DNA of 64,000 nt from Candidatus Omnitrophota bacterium (lineage in GTDB: Bacteria; Omnitrophota; Gorgyraeia; Zapsychrales; Zapsychraceae): assembly GCA_029261065.1 (NCBI GenBank), contig JAJDCB010000012.1:13430-77429 (forward strand). Reading direction: 5' to 3'. A program made the position numbers and the translations under genes. Shown piece by piece: positions 11,096 through 21,945 of this stretch. The notes beneath the pieces are model-generated. The model was not told the origin of the DNA. It made no database searches and saw only the letters and a program-made list of their open reading frames with translations. Positions within the stretch are counted from its first letter, which is position 1, and every line of letters starts with the position of its first letter.

Positions 11096-12091
11096 TTATT
11101 GCCAACTAAGAGGTAAGTTTTTTCTAATTTCGATGTTCTCAAAGTCTTTACTCTTTCGAATCCCCACCTCTTTGGCCCACGTGGCCATTTGTGATAACCC
11201 CTCCTCAATTGAAGTCGATGTCTGATTGGGAAAAAATTTATTAATTTTGCTGTGATCTGAGTAGGCGTGTAATACTTCATTTCGGGCTGGTAAGTATTCG
11301 ACATTGGGCTCTATACCCATAGCTTGAGCAACAAGTTTTACAAGTTCGTTAACAGAGTAGTTTTTATCAGCGCCGATATTAAATATTTCATTAAGGCATT
11401 CTTTCTTTTCAATAGATTCAGCCATAACAGGTGTTAAATCTTTAATATAGCTAAAAGCTCGTGTCTGGGTTCCATCTCCAAATATGGGGAGTTTTTCATT
11501 TTGCATCATACGATTCATAAATATGCCTATCACATTGCGGTAGCGATCACCAATATTTTGCATCTCACCATATACATTGTGCGGCCGGAAAATAATAGAA
11601 TTAAGGCCAAACATCTCTTTAGTGACTTCTAATTCTTTCTCCACAGCAAATTTGGCAATTCCATAAGAGTCTTCAGGGCTTGGAATAAGATCTTCTTTCA
11701 TCGGGACTTGATTGGTTCCATAAACAGCAATGGATGATGTAAAAACAAAACATTTAATATCATGTTTGACGCTTTCGTTAATAAGATTGACTGAGCCAAT
11801 GACATTATTGTTATAGTTAAAACGTTTAATAAAGTGACTTAAACCTTCAGCGGCATAAGCGGCTAAATGGAAAACATAATCAAATTTAATTTTTGAAAAC
11901 AGCTCTTCAATAAGAGCAACATCAAGAATGCTTCCTTCTACAAATTCTGCTTGTTTGGAAACATTATCCTTAAAACCACCACTTAAATCATCAAGACCAA
12001 CAACTTGATATCCTCTCTCTAATAAGTCATTGACTAGGTGAGATCCTATAAATCCAGCCGCTCCTGTTACAAGAACACATCCTTTGCTCAT
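11096..12091 (-). CDS. NAD-dependent nucleotide-sugar epimerase/dehydratase
   Basis: TGAAGFIG, YGIAK, RPHNVYG. Confidence 0.92.
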   Translation of the reverse strand: MSKGCVLVTGAAGFIGSHLVNDLLERGYQVVGLDDLSGGFKDNVSKQAEFVEGSILDVALIEELFSKIKFDYVFHLAAYAAEGLSHFIKRFNYNNNVIGSVNLINESVKHDIKCFVFTSSIAVYGTNQVPMKEDLIPSPEDSYGIAKFAVEKELEVTKEMFGLNSIIFRPHNVYGEMQNIGDRYRNVIGIFMNRMMQNEKLPIFGDGTQTRAFSYIKDLTPVMAESIEKKECLNEIFNIGADKNYSVNELVKLVAQAMGIEPNVEYLPARNEVLHAYSDHSKINKFFPNQTSTSIEEGLSQMATWAKEVGIRKSKDFENIEIRKNLPLSWQ

Positions 12092-12099
12092 GGGTAATA

Positions 12100-13047
12100 T
12101 TATCCTTTGCTTTGTAGTTCTATTTTTTTGACACGATATAACGTTTCTTCATTTAAACGTCTGTTTGCGGCAATAAGATCTGAAACAATACCAATAATTA
12201 ATACTTGAAATCCAATGATGATAAAGACGGATGCCAAAATTAAAGATTGTATTTTTCCAGCGCCGCCAAAGAGAATGTAATGATAAATGAATCTGCATCC
12301 AATGAGAACGCCAACGGAACACAGTGCCACGCCAATGGTGGTAAATAAACGAAATGGGTTAAACATTGAATAAATGCGAATGATCGTGATGATCGAGCGT
12401 TTGATATATTCAGGAATGCTTTTAAAGAGTCGTGATTTACGTGCGACGAAATTAGTAGATATAAGGATATTAGCAATAGTTAATTCTTTATGTTCTGCTT
12501 GAATGATGCTTTCTAAAGTGTAGGTATATTCTGAAATGATATCGAGTTTAAGAGCGGCTTCTTTACTGTAGGCCCTAAAGCCCGTTGTAGCATCTGAGAT
12601 GTTAGAGCCAGCTAATTGGCGTACGACGGCTGTCCCAATGCGTTGTAATCTTTTCTTTATCCATGAAAATTGTGAAACATTATCAATGTCCCTGTTTCCA
12701 ATCACAATATCGGCTTTACCCTCTACGATGGGGTGAATTAATCGAGGAATATCCTCTCCTCTATATTGCCCATCGGCATCTGTATTAACAATGATGTCCG
12801 CCCCGGCTTGTAGAGAAGCATCTAGACCAGCGGCAAAGGCACGGGCTAAGCCTTTTCTTTTTGTAAACCGAACAATATGATTTACACCACACCTTTTGGC
12901 AACTTCAAAGGTGTTATCTGTGCTCCCATCATCAATGATAAGGGTTTCTATGCACGATACTCCTTCAATAGCCGTAGGAAGTGCTTTTAAGGTATCCGGA
13001 AGACTTTCTTCTTCATTGAGACACGGTATCTGGATAATTAGTTTCAT
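12100..13047 (-). CDS. glycosyltransferase family 2 (DPM1-like) with C-terminal TM helices
   Basis: IPCLNEE, DDGSTD, DADGQY, DATTGFRA. Confidence 0.9.
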   Translation of the reverse strand: MKLIIQIPCLNEEESLPDTLKALPTAIEGVSCIETLIIDDGSTDNTFEVAKRCGVNHIVRFTKRKGLARAFAAGLDASLQAGADIIVNTDADGQYRGEDIPRLIHPIVEGKADIVIGNRDIDNVSQFSWIKKRLQRIGTAVVRQLAGSNISDATTGFRAYSKEAALKLDIISEYTYTLESIIQAEHKELTIANILISTNFVARKSRLFKSIPEYIKRSIITIIRIYSMFNPFRLFTTIGVALCSVGVLIGCRFIYHYILFGGAGKIQSLILASVFIIIGFQVLIIGIVSDLIAANRRLNEETLYRVKKIELQSKG

Positions 13048-13136
13048 GGGTTTTTCTCGCTTATTGTTGAAATGTTAGTATTCTAACTTTCATTATAAGT
13101 GACAACAAGGTTTAATCAAAAAATTTCCTTAAAAAG

Positions 13137-14144
13137 TTAATTTTTTGATTTGTAGATATCTTTCCAGTAATTCTGGAGTTCTTTCCTTTTTTTTGTGCAC
13201 CACGGTCTTTGATTGGTAACCCAGGCAATGGTGTCATCCAAAGTTTTAGTAAAACTGTGTTTTTGCTTCCAACCTAATTTTTTTAATTTTTGATAATTAA
13301 CGGAATATCGAAAGTCATGATTCAGCCGATCTTTTACGTAAAGTATTTCTCGTTGTGTTTTTCCTAGTTTTTTAAGAATTGTTTTGGCTGTTGATAAATT
13401 ATCTTGGTGATATGAGCTTCCAATATTGTAGACTTCTCCAAGGGTTCCTTTTTTACTAATTAAATGTATGGCTTCTATACAATCTTCAATAGATAACCAA
13501 CATCGAATTTGATGACCTTTTCCATAAAGCGGGACTTTTTTTGAATCAAGGAGTTGAATGATTGCAAGAGGTATAAATTTTTCGGGATATTGCCAAGGAC
13601 CAAACGTATTAACGGGACGAACAATGATGGCGGGAAATTGGTTTATATTGATAGCCAGCATTACGAGTTGATCCGCTAATGCTTTTGTTATGGCATAAGG
13701 GTTGCTAGGTTTAAGCGCTGCGCGCTCATTGACACTTCCCTTTGCAATGCTGCCATAGACTTCATCTGTTGAGATATGGATAAATTTTTTGATGTTTGAT
13801 TTGATAGATGCTTGGATAACGTTTTGTGTGCCCGCTACATTTGATTGAGTAAATGGTTTGATATCAAGGTTGCTACGATCAACATGTGTTTCTGCGGCAA
13901 AATGGTAAACAATGTCAGGTTTTTCTTTTAGAAAAATTTTTTCTAAAGATTTATATCTGCAGATGTCTTGTTTATAGAAGGTAACTGTTTTTTTTAAGTG
14001 CTCGAGTCTTTGGAGTGACCCAGCATAGGTTAGTTTGTCGATAATGACAATTTTATTTGTAGAAATGTTTAAGGATTTGGCAAAGGCGCTTCCTATAAAT
14101 CCAGCACCCCCCGTTATTAGAATTGTTTTTGTTTTTGGGGCCAT
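13137..14144 (-). CDS. rfbB: dTDP-glucose 4,6-dehydratase
   Basis: TGGAGFIG, DKLTYAG, AAETHVDRS, STDEVYG, QYPEKFIP. Confidence 0.88.
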   Translation of the reverse strand: MAPKTKTILITGGAGFIGSAFAKSLNISTNKIVIIDKLTYAGSLQRLEHLKKTVTFYKQDICRYKSLEKIFLKEKPDIVYHFAAETHVDRSNLDIKPFTQSNVAGTQNVIQASIKSNIKKFIHISTDEVYGSIAKGSVNERAALKPSNPYAITKALADQLVMLAININQFPAIIVRPVNTFGPWQYPEKFIPLAIIQLLDSKKVPLYGKGHQIRCWLSIEDCIEAIHLISKKGTLGEVYNIGSSYHQDNLSTAKTILKKLGKTQREILYVKDRLNHDFRYSVNYQKLKKLGWKQKHSFTKTLDDTIAWVTNQRPWCTKKRKELQNYWKDIYKSKN

Positions 14145-14167
14145 TATAGGTTTAGTGGAAAAACGTG

Positions 14168-14833
14168 TTAAGTGGGTTCATCTTTGGAGAGGTAGTATTC
14201 TTGACCAAGTTCGATACGCGATTTACCTTTTTTGATGCGCCAAAGATTTGTGTCTCGTAGCGAATAAACGCAGCCACAATATTCTTGTTTATAAAAATTT
14301 TCTCTTTTAGCAATTTCATACATTCTTTGAGATCCGCCCTCTTTTCGCCAATTATATGTCCAATATACTAAATCGGTATAACGGCTCGCGGCACGTATAC
14401 CACTTTGATTAATTTGATTCATGTCTTTCCATCGGGAAAGTCCTAATGTGCTACAAAATAAAGAAAAGTTGTTTTCTTTGGCATACAGAGCTGTTCGTTC
14501 AAAACGCATATCAAAGCACATTGAACAACGTTTACCACGTTCTGGTTCCCATTCGAGACCCTTCACACGTTTAAACCAATGATCTCTGTCATAGTCAGCA
14601 TCAACAAAAGGAATGTTTAATTTTTTGGCAAAACGGATATTTTCATTTTTACGAATTTCGTATTCATTCTTTGGATGAATATTAGGATTGTAGAAAAAAA
14701 CAGTTAATTCGATGCCTGAGTGAAGTATTTTTTCCATGATTTCACCAGCGCATGGCGCACAACAAGAGTGTAATAAAACCCGTTTGGCGTTATTAGGAAT
14801 GGATATCCGAGGTGAATTTTTGTTTTTTGTCAT
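14168..14833 (-). CDS. queH: epoxyqueuosine reductase QueH
   Basis: [33 protein letters not shown]. Confidence 0.93.
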   Translation of the reverse strand: MTKNKNSPRISIPNNAKRVLLHSCCAPCAGEIMEKILHSGIELTVFFYNPNIHPKNEYEIRKNENIRFAKKLNIPFVDADYDRDHWFKRVKGLEWEPERGKRCSMCFDMRFERTALYAKENNFSLFCSTLGLSRWKDMNQINQSGIRAASRYTDLVYWTYNWRKEGGSQRMYEIAKRENFYKQEYCGCVYSLRDTNLWRIKKGKSRIELGQEYYLSKDEPT

Positions 14834-14860
14834 CTTAAGGAAGGATTGCTTTTTACGAGA

Positions 14861-15277
14861 CTATTTGCTCCTTGAATCTCGTGATCTTTTTCTAAACGCT
14901 TCTAATTGATCTCGGGTTTTCTTTCTTTTTTCTGCTAACCTTTTTACTTTTCTCTTCTTCTTTTGTAATATTTTCTTTTTCTTATTGGCCTTTTTGTCTT
15001 TTATAGCCTGATTTCTTCTTTGAACTTTTTGCTTAATTCTTAGCTTTTTATCTTTAATTCTTTTCTCTTTTGCTTTTATTTTTAGTCTAATCTTTTTAAA
15101 TAAATTAATATGCGCAGTTTTTTCTTCATTTGTGGCATCGTACCAACTTCTTTTATACGTTCTTTCAAAGGATCTTCTTATTTCTAAAGTGTTTGCAAAG
15201 ACTGCTTGAGTCATGGATATGGTAACTGCAGCTATGAGCACATAAGAAATGCAAATTTTTAGAGTTTTTCTAATCAT
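14861..15277 (-). CDS. hypothetical exported, highly basic (Lys/Arg-rich) protein
   Basis: Signal-peptide-like N-terminus ending AVFA; K/R-rich helical C-terminal half. Confidence 0.65.
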   Translation of the reverse strand: MIRKTLKICISYVLIAAVTISMTQAVFANTLEIRRSFERTYKRSWYDATNEEKTAHINLFKKIRLKIKAKEKRIKDKKLRIKQKVQRRNQAIKDKKANKKKKILQKKKRKVKRLAEKRKKTRDQLEAFRKRSRDSRSK

Positions 15278-15376
15278 AGTAGTATCTATTCTTGTTTAAA
15301 TTATTTCGTAGTTAAGTATAGCATTATTTTATACTATTTTCCAATTTGAATTCGTTCTTGTTTCTTTATAAGTCAT

Positions 15377-16231
15377 TTATTTGCAATTGTTTATTGCTTT
15401 TGGGATGGATTCGATGATATCAGAGGCAATCAGAGAAAGTTTTGATCGTTTTTTAGCGGCCAGATCGCCAGCAATACCATGCAAATAGGCCCCGAATTTA
15501 GCCGCTTGATAGCCTGTTAATCCTTGGGCCAAAAAAGCCCCAATCATGCCACTTAAGACGTCACCAGAGCCTGCTGAGGCCATGCCAGAGTTCCCAGTGG
15601 TATTGAAATATAATGCCTTCCCTCTCTCTCCAACAAGGGTTTTATGTCCTTTAAGGAGCAATGATACGGAATATTGATAAATAAATTTTTTTACGTATTT
15701 CCTTCGATTCGATTCAATAGTTTCTTTTTTGACATTTATCAATTTAGAGAATTCTCCAGGGTGTGGTGTCAGGACTCGAATGGCCTGGTTTTTGTTTAAA
15801 ATCTTTTTATTAGAAGCTAACGCCGTTAAGGCGGCAGCATCAATGAGAAGTGGTAAGGGCGTATGTTCTATGATACGAAGAATTAAACGTTGTGTACTAG
15901 GATGGGTTCCCAATCCTGGTCCGATTACAATAGCGTTACACTTTTGAGAGAATTTTAATATTTGACTATAAGCACGTCCACCAAGAGTTCCAGCGGGTGT
16001 CTCAGCTAAAGGTAATGTCATGATAGTGTTTGAAACTTTTTTTTGCGCAGCTAGATTTAGACTGTTAGGAATTCCAAGTGTGACAAGACCAGCTCCTGCT
16101 CTCATCGCACTTAAAGCTGTTAATGCGCCAGCACCTAACATTGTTTTTGAACCAGCTAGGATAAGAAGGTGCCCAAAGTTATTTTTATGTACGTTTGATT
16201 TTTTTCGTTGTAATGGGGTGGGCAGACGCAT
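15377..16231 (-). CDS. nnrD: NAD(P)H-hydrate dehydratase (stand-alone)
   Basis: HKNNFG, GAGLV, IGPGLG, LTPHPGEF, GSGDVLSG. Confidence 0.92.
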   Translation of the reverse strand: MRLPTPLQRKKSNVHKNNFGHLLILAGSKTMLGAGALTALSAMRAGAGLVTLGIPNSLNLAAQKKVSNTIMTLPLAETPAGTLGGRAYSQILKFSQKCNAIVIGPGLGTHPSTQRLILRIIEHTPLPLLIDAAALTALASNKKILNKNQAIRVLTPHPGEFSKLINVKKETIESNRRKYVKKFIYQYSVSLLLKGHKTLVGERGKALYFNTTGNSGMASAGSGDVLSGMIGAFLAQGLTGYQAAKFGAYLHGIAGDLAAKKRSKLSLIASDIIESIPKAINNCK

Positions 16232-16243
16232 AATAGGGGGCGA

Positions 16244-16960
16244 TTAGTGATTAATGATGTGATTCATTTCTTTAACAGCACTTCCTAAACCTACAAAAAT
16301 AGAACGGGCAATGATAGAATGTCCGATGTTGAGTTCCTCTATTTCAGATATTTTGGCAATGGGGGAAACATTGTCATATTTTAATCCATGTCCTGCGCTA
16401 ACGGTCATTCCTAGGCTATGGGCGTATTGAGCGGCGGCAGTAATTTTCTTTAGTTCTTTGTCTTGAGCTTCCTTTTTTTTAGCATTGGCATATTTTCCTG
16501 TATGCAATTCAATAATATCTATTCCGGATTCCTTTGTTTTTTTGATATGGCTTTTGATTGGATCGATAAATAAACTCACTTCAATTTTTTTTGCTTGTAA
16601 TTCTTGAGTCACGCGTTTGATTTTTTGAAATTGCCCTATAACATCAAGGCCCCCCTCTGTTGTGAGTTCATTTCTTTTTTCTGGAACGAGAGTCGCTTGA
16701 TCGGGTTTTATTTTAATGGCTATTTTAACTATGGCAGGATCCATTGACATCTCCAGATTAAAGCGGGTACGTAAGCTTTTCTTAAGATTTTCAATGTCCT
16801 TTTTGTTGATGTGACGAGCATCTTCTCTTAAATGGGCAACAATGCTATCAGCACCTGCATTTTCAACTATTTGAGCCGCTTCGATAGGGTCAGGCTCAAA
16901 CTCTTGACGAGCTTGACGAAGGGTAGCCACATGATCTATATTTACTCCTAATTTTGGCAT
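16244..16960 (-). CDS. pdxJ: pyridoxine 5'-phosphate synthase
   Basis: LGVNIDHVATLRQAR, TTEGGLD, ELNIGH. Confidence 0.97.
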   Translation of the reverse strand: MPKLGVNIDHVATLRQARQEFEPDPIEAAQIVENAGADSIVAHLREDARHINKKDIENLKKSLRTRFNLEMSMDPAIVKIAIKIKPDQATLVPEKRNELTTEGGLDVIGQFQKIKRVTQELQAKKIEVSLFIDPIKSHIKKTKESGIDIIELHTGKYANAKKKEAQDKELKKITAAAQYAHSLGMTVSAGHGLKYDNVSPIAKISEIEELNIGHSIIARSIFVGLGSAVKEMNHIINH

Positions 16961-17017
16961 GGTATTTCTAATCCTATGTTTTAGTCTTTAGAAAATATAT
17001 ATCAAACTAAGTCTTGG

Positions 17018-17119
17018 TTATTTAGAAATTTCTTTTGTGACATAGTACCAAGTCACCGAAGCTAAGACTAAGGCGATGAGTTTTAAAATCCAGTTATGTG
17101 TGATTAATTTTTTAAACAT
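17018..17119 (-). CDS. 33-aa single-TM peptide resembling the N-terminal anchor of CdaR/YbbR (absent from the ORF track)
   Basis: Manual translation MFKKLITHNWILKLIALVLASVTWYYVTKEISK; starts 3 nt after the cdaA stop; NxxLKxxAxxLAxxxWxYV pattern. Confidence 0.75.
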   Translation of the reverse strand: MFKKLITHNWILKLIALVLASVTWYYVTKEISK

Positions 17120-17122
17120 AAG

Positions 17123-17908
17123 TTATTCTTTTTGTCCTTTAGCTTTTGTATCTTCACCAAATAAAAGACTTTTTAAAATGTTTAATAAGCGTTCTTTATT
17201 GACAATGGGAATGAATCTTCCATCAGAGGCTACCGATACCTCCCCTGATTCTTCAGAAACCATAATAGCCACCGCATCTGTTTGCTCTGTAATCCCTAAA
17301 GCTGCTCTGTGACGTGTTCCTATAATTTTACTAAAGTTTGGATTATCTGATAATGGAAATAAACAGGAGGCCGCAACAATACGATTTCCTCTTGTGATGA
17401 CACCTCCATCGTGTAAAGGGGTTTGTTGGGTAAAGATACTTTGAATAAGTTCGGATGAAATCTGGGCATCAATGGTGATACCGCTTTCGATATATGTATT
17501 AAGTTTTGTTTCACGTTCAATAGCAATAAGACATCCAATTTTATGACGACTCATTTTGTATGCGGCAGCTGTCATCTCTTCAATAATCTCAACAAGCTCA
17601 GCCTCTTCAAGGCCCATCTCAAACATATGTCTTTGACCTAAACGAGCAAGGCCTTGTCGAAGTTCTTGCTGGAAGATAATCATGACAGCGATAATAGATA
17701 TCGCAAAAAACTTTGTCAAAAGCCAATTAAGAGTTGTTAATCCAAGAAGTTGGCAGATTAAAAAGGCACCGAATAGATAACTTATTCCTTTTAGAACTTG
17801 GAAAGCTCGCGAGCCTTCAAAAAAGACAAGCATTTTGTAAAAGGCTATCCACAGAATTAAAATTTCTAAAGTAGGAATAATATGGTCCCAAATCTCAAAT
17901 ATAGACAC
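17123..17908 (-). CDS. cdaA: diadenylate cyclase CdaA
   Basis: Three N-terminal TMs, IFQQELR, PLHDGG, GTRHRAALG, VSEE. Confidence 0.95.
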   Translation of the reverse strand: MSIFEIWDHIIPTLEILILWIAFYKMLVFFEGSRAFQVLKGISYLFGAFLICQLLGLTTLNWLLTKFFAISIIAVMIIFQQELRQGLARLGQRHMFEMGLEEAELVEIIEEMTAAAYKMSRHKIGCLIAIERETKLNTYIESGITIDAQISSELIQSIFTQQTPLHDGGVITRGNRIVAASCLFPLSDNPNFSKIIGTRHRAALGITEQTDAVAIMVSEESGEVSVASDGRFIPIVNKERLLNILKSLLFGEDTKAKGQKE

Positions 17909-17910
17909 TT

Positions 17911-18837
17911 CTAAGACTCCTCTATAATTTTTTCATTAATAATCGCATCAGCCATTGTGGCTGTTTGTTTGACGTGTGCTACGTCATGAACGCGAACAAT
18001 ATGGGCACCATTTAAAATGCTTGCACACACACTTGATAACGTTCCATTAAGACGTTTGTTAACGTCTAAATCTAACACTTTGCCGATAAATGATTTACGT
18101 GATGTCCCCATCAAGAGTGGTTGATTGAGAGTTTGGAAATGTTGAAGTCTATTTATAATTTGTAGATTATGTTCAATGCTTTTTCCAAAGCCAATGCCAG
18201 GATCAATAATTATTCTATCCGACTTTATCCCAATTTCCAAGCAATTTTCAATGGATTTTTGCAATTGCTTTATAATTTCGCCAATAACGTCATTATAAGC
18301 AACATGGCGTTGCATCGTTTTCGGCTTACCCTTGATATGCATAAGCACGATAGCAGCATCGTAGTCTCTTACCATTTTTAGGAGCTTTTTATCTAAATCA
18401 ACACCCATGATGTTATTAACAATACAAGCTCCAGCATCTAAAGCTTTTTGAGCGACTTGGGATTTGTAGGTATCAATAGAAATGGGGGTTTTGTTAGTTT
18501 TGGTTAGCTTTTCAATAATGGGAATGACACGAGAGCTTTCTTCTTTTATAGATATACGATTAGCACCAGGACGTGATGATTCCCCCCCGATATCAATAAT
18601 ATCGGCCCCTTCTTTTATCATCTTTTTAGCTTGATTGAGGGCTTTTTGCAAGTGTTTGAAAGATGAGTTTGTTTTAAGGCAACCATCTAAACTAAAGGAA
18701 TCCGGAGTCATATTGAGGATCCCCATGATAAGGGTTTTGGTGCCTACGTGCAGAGGGTAGGTTCTGGCTTTGATAGTAAAATGTTTACGGCGGTAAGGTG
18801 CAGGATATGCTTTATTAAGACGAAGCTTCTGTCCCAT
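17911..18837 (-). CDS. folP: dihydropteroate synthase
   Basis: MGILNMTPDSFS, DIGGESSRPG, DPGIGFGK, SRKSF, RVHDV; start approximate. Confidence 0.95.
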   Translation of the reverse strand: MGQKLRLNKAYPAPYRRKHFTIKARTYPLHVGTKTLIMGILNMTPDSFSLDGCLKTNSSFKHLQKALNQAKKMIKEGADIIDIGGESSRPGANRISIKEESSRVIPIIEKLTKTNKTPISIDTYKSQVAQKALDAGACIVNNIMGVDLDKKLLKMVRDYDAAIVLMHIKGKPKTMQRHVAYNDVIGEIIKQLQKSIENCLEIGIKSDRIIIDPGIGFGKSIEHNLQIINRLQHFQTLNQPLLMGTSRKSFIGKVLDLDVNKRLNGTLSSVCASILNGAHIVRVHDVAHVKQTATMADAIINEKIIEES

Positions 18838-20806
18838 CTTTTGGTTTCTCAGTCTCGTTGTCTTCTTTTGGCGTTTCAAATTCTCGTTCTATTTTAGGCA
18901 TACCAAATAATTCGCGGACCTCTTCTATGTCCATTACTTCTTTTTCAATTAAGCGGGAAGATAATAAATCAAGTTGATCTCTGTTATCCGTTAATAGCTT
19001 TTTACATCGTTTATAACATTGATTAACGATGCTGCGTACCTCTTCATCAATACTTTTAGCTGTCTCCTCGCTGTAATCTTTATTTTCCATAAGATCACGC
19101 CCCAAGAAGCGTTGATTCTCACTTTGTCCGTAGGCGAGCGTTCCAAGTTTCTCGCTCATACCATAAACACAAACCATGCTGCGTGCAATTTGTGTTACTT
19201 TTTGTAAGTCGTTAGATACACCCGTGGATGTGTCATTCACATAAAGTTCTTCAGCCACAAGTCCACCTAGGAGAACAACCATTCGGCCTAGCAATTCTTT
19301 TTTATTAAGATAATGTTTGTCTTCTGTTGGCGGCGTTAGGGTATAACCTCCTGCCATGCCGCGGGGTATGATGGAAACTTTTGTAAAGGTGTCAACCTCA
19401 TCAAGAAGCAGTGATAACATCGCGTGACCGGCTTCATGATAAGCTGTCATCTCTTTTTCTTTTTTTGATGTGGTTCTACTTTTTTTCTCAGGACCCATCG
19501 TGACACGCTCGACAGCATCATGAAATTCTTGCATACCTACAGAATCTTTGTTTTTTCGTGCAGCTAAAAGGGCGGCTTCATTGCAGACGTTTGCTAAGTC
19601 CGCTCCTGAGAAATAAACGGTTTGCTGAGCAATACGACGATAATTAACATCTTTAGCTACTTTCAATTTTCGAGAATGGACTTTTAAAATGCCTTCACGA
19701 CCATTGATATCAGGAAGGCCAACAACAATTTGACGATCAAATCGACCGGGACGTAAAAGAGCTGGATCTAACGTGTCTGGTCTGTTTGTTGCGGCAATAA
19801 GAATGAGACCGCCTTGCGTATTAAAACCATCCATCTCAACAAGTAAAGCGTTAAGGGTTTGCTCCCTCTCATCGTTACCACCACCAATACCAGCAAAGCG
19901 TAAGCGTCCGACAGCATCAATTTCATCAATAAAAATAATAGAGCCTTTGCCGGAGGCTTTGGAAGCTTTTCGTCCTTGTTCAAATAGATCGCGTACGCGT
20001 GAAGCACCAACACCGACAAACATCTCAACAAAATCAGATCCACTTAAAGAAAAAAATGGAACGCCAGCCTCACCTGCTACGGCTTTAGCTAACAACGTTT
20101 TTCCTGTTCCAGGAGGTCCAATAAGTAAAACACCTTTTGGGATCTTCCCTCCTAGTCTCTCAAACTTTTTAGGTTCCTTTAAAAATTCGATTACCTCTTG
20201 TAACTCTTCTTTCGCCTCATCAACACCTGAAACATCTTTAAAGGTTGCTTTGTGACTTTCTTTACCTGTGACTTTGGCACGAGATTTACCGAAATTCCAA
20301 ATTTTGTTACCGACTTGACTGCCGCGGTAGGAGATTAACCAAATAAATAAAATGAATAATAGAAATGGGCCAAAGGAAAATAATAATTGGCTCCAAAATG
20401 TTTGGGAGGGTGTTACTTTAAAATCTTTAACATTGTTTCTTATAAGCTTAAGTAAGTCTTCATCAGATAGGGATCCTGATCGAGGAATAAAGACACGAAA
20501 TGTAGGCCGATTAGGGTCAGAGTAAGTTCCTTTAATGACAACCTCAGCACCTTCTACAAGTTCAAGGCTTGTAATGGCCCCTGTTTCATTGTTAACAACT
20601 AATTGTTGATAGAAAGTGTTGTAATCGAGCACCTCTTGAGACGCCATGGGGGCGATGTTATTAGATTGGCTTAGCAGAATGACAAGACCAAAGCCTAGTG
20701 CGATAAAAAACCACCAATTGTTATTAGGCTGATCTTTTCGATTTTTAGGCGGCGTGCCTCTTTGATGCCGTCTTAAATTTTTGTTGGGTGGAGTCGAATT
20801 AGACAT
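18815..20806 (-). CDS. ftsH: ATP-dependent zinc metalloprotease FtsH
   Basis: Two TMs, [26 protein letters not shown]. Confidence 0.97.
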   Translation of the reverse strand: MSNSTPPNKNLRRHQRGTPPKNRKDQPNNNWWFFIALGFGLVILLSQSNNIAPMASQEVLDYNTFYQQLVVNNETGAITSLELVEGAEVVIKGTYSDPNRPTFRVFIPRSGSLSDEDLLKLIRNNVKDFKVTPSQTFWSQLLFSFGPFLLFILFIWLISYRGSQVGNKIWNFGKSRAKVTGKESHKATFKDVSGVDEAKEELQEVIEFLKEPKKFERLGGKIPKGVLLIGPPGTGKTLLAKAVAGEAGVPFFSLSGSDFVEMFVGVGASRVRDLFEQGRKASKASGKGSIIFIDEIDAVGRLRFAGIGGGNDEREQTLNALLVEMDGFNTQGGLILIAATNRPDTLDPALLRPGRFDRQIVVGLPDINGREGILKVHSRKLKVAKDVNYRRIAQQTVYFSGADLANVCNEAALLAARKNKDSVGMQEFHDAVERVTMGPEKKSRTTSKKEKEMTAYHEAGHAMLSLLLDEVDTFTKVSIIPRGMAGGYTLTPPTEDKHYLNKKELLGRMVVLLGGLVAEELYVNDTSTGVSNDLQKVTQIARSMVCVYGMSEKLGTLAYGQSENQRFLGRDLMENKDYSEETAKSIDEEVRSIVNQCYKRCKKLLTDNRDQLDLLSSRLIEKEVMDIEEVRELFGMPKIEREFETPKEDNETEKPKDGTEASS

Positions 20807-20932
20807 TTATTTTGTGACCTTTCTTATATAACAGAAAATTAAGAGTAATTATTTATATATTTAGGAATTAGACATTTTTTAATCTTAGAATCCCTCAATT
20901 ATAACGAATTTGTCTATATAAGCAAGGATTAG

Positions 20933-21931
20933 TTAAGGTGTGTAGCGCTCAATAACAATTTCGTCTATATTCTTTTTAATAGAGATTCCTTTAGGTAGCG
21001 CGGGAGGCTTTTTCTTATTCTTATCATGGATAAAAGTACCTATTTCTTGGCTATGTCTAAACGTGAATTTGTTGGTATTTCCATTGATGCTCTCTATCAT
21101 CTTGCGAATCAGAAGGTTCTGAATAGCCATAGGTTGACGTAGATAGACTTTAGATTTGATGACAAATCGTGTCGTTTTTGAGTTACTTTGCGCATATTTA
21201 TTTAAGAGCTTTTGAGTCTGTTTCTCAAGATAATCATAATCAACACTTGATTGATGGGATAATTGGCAGAGAAGCTCTTTGATGTTGGCATTATATTCTT
21301 TTTCTAGTAGGGGCATTAATTTTAAACGAACTTTATTGCGCATAAATTGACTAGATTTATTAGTGGGATCTTCGCGATAGGCAATATTTTTTGTCTTTAA
21401 ATATTTGAGAATTTCGGTTTTGGAGGTGCTCAGAAAGGGCCGGATATCTCTGGTTTCGTGAAGGGATTTAATGGGTCTTATGGCTCGAAGCCCCTGTAGG
21501 CCAGATCCCCTTAAGATGCGCATCAGTACAGTTTCTGCTAAGTCATCCTTTGTATGTGCTAAGGCGATTGATTCAGCTTTTTCTTTTTTAAGAAGAGCGT
21601 TAAAAAAAGAAATGCGTGCCTTTCTGGCTCGTTCCTCTAAAGATCCTTTTTGGTTCTGTTGAGATTTGGGCCATATTTTTGTCGTGATGGGCAATGATAG
21701 CAATTTTGCCTGTTTTTCTACAAAAGTTTGATCTGCTTTAGATCCTTTTCGTAAATTGTGGTTAAAATGAGCCACATGTAATTTGACACCAAGTTTATAT
21801 TTGAGCTCATTGAGAACATGCAATAAAGCGATGGAATCCCCTCCACCTGAGACACCAATGATGATGGTCTCGCCATGAGATATGAGTTTTTGTGATGTGA
21901 TGGTCGCTAAGATTGAGTTTGGTAGTGACAT
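20933..21931 (-). CDS. tilS: tRNA(Ile)-lysidine synthase (short form)
   Basis: GVSGGGDS, HFNHNLR, AHTKDDLAET, EDPTN, RNKVR. Confidence 0.95.
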   Translation of the reverse strand: MSLPNSILATITSQKLISHGETIIIGVSGGGDSIALLHVLNELKYKLGVKLHVAHFNHNLRKGSKADQTFVEKQAKLLSLPITTKIWPKSQQNQKGSLEERARKARISFFNALLKKEKAESIALAHTKDDLAETVLMRILRGSGLQGLRAIRPIKSLHETRDIRPFLSTSKTEILKYLKTKNIAYREDPTNKSSQFMRNKVRLKLMPLLEKEYNANIKELLCQLSHQSSVDYDYLEKQTQKLLNKYAQSNSKTTRFVIKSKVYLRQPMAIQNLLIRKMIESINGNTNKFTFRHSQEIGTFIHDKNKKKPPALPKGISIKKNIDEIVIERYTP

Positions 21932-21945
21932 CTTAAAGGTCGGGG

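Noticed and set aside
15377-16231. NnrD without NnrE and with DAAAL instead of DADAL
   Set aside because: Stand-alone NnrD is common and the other motifs are intact
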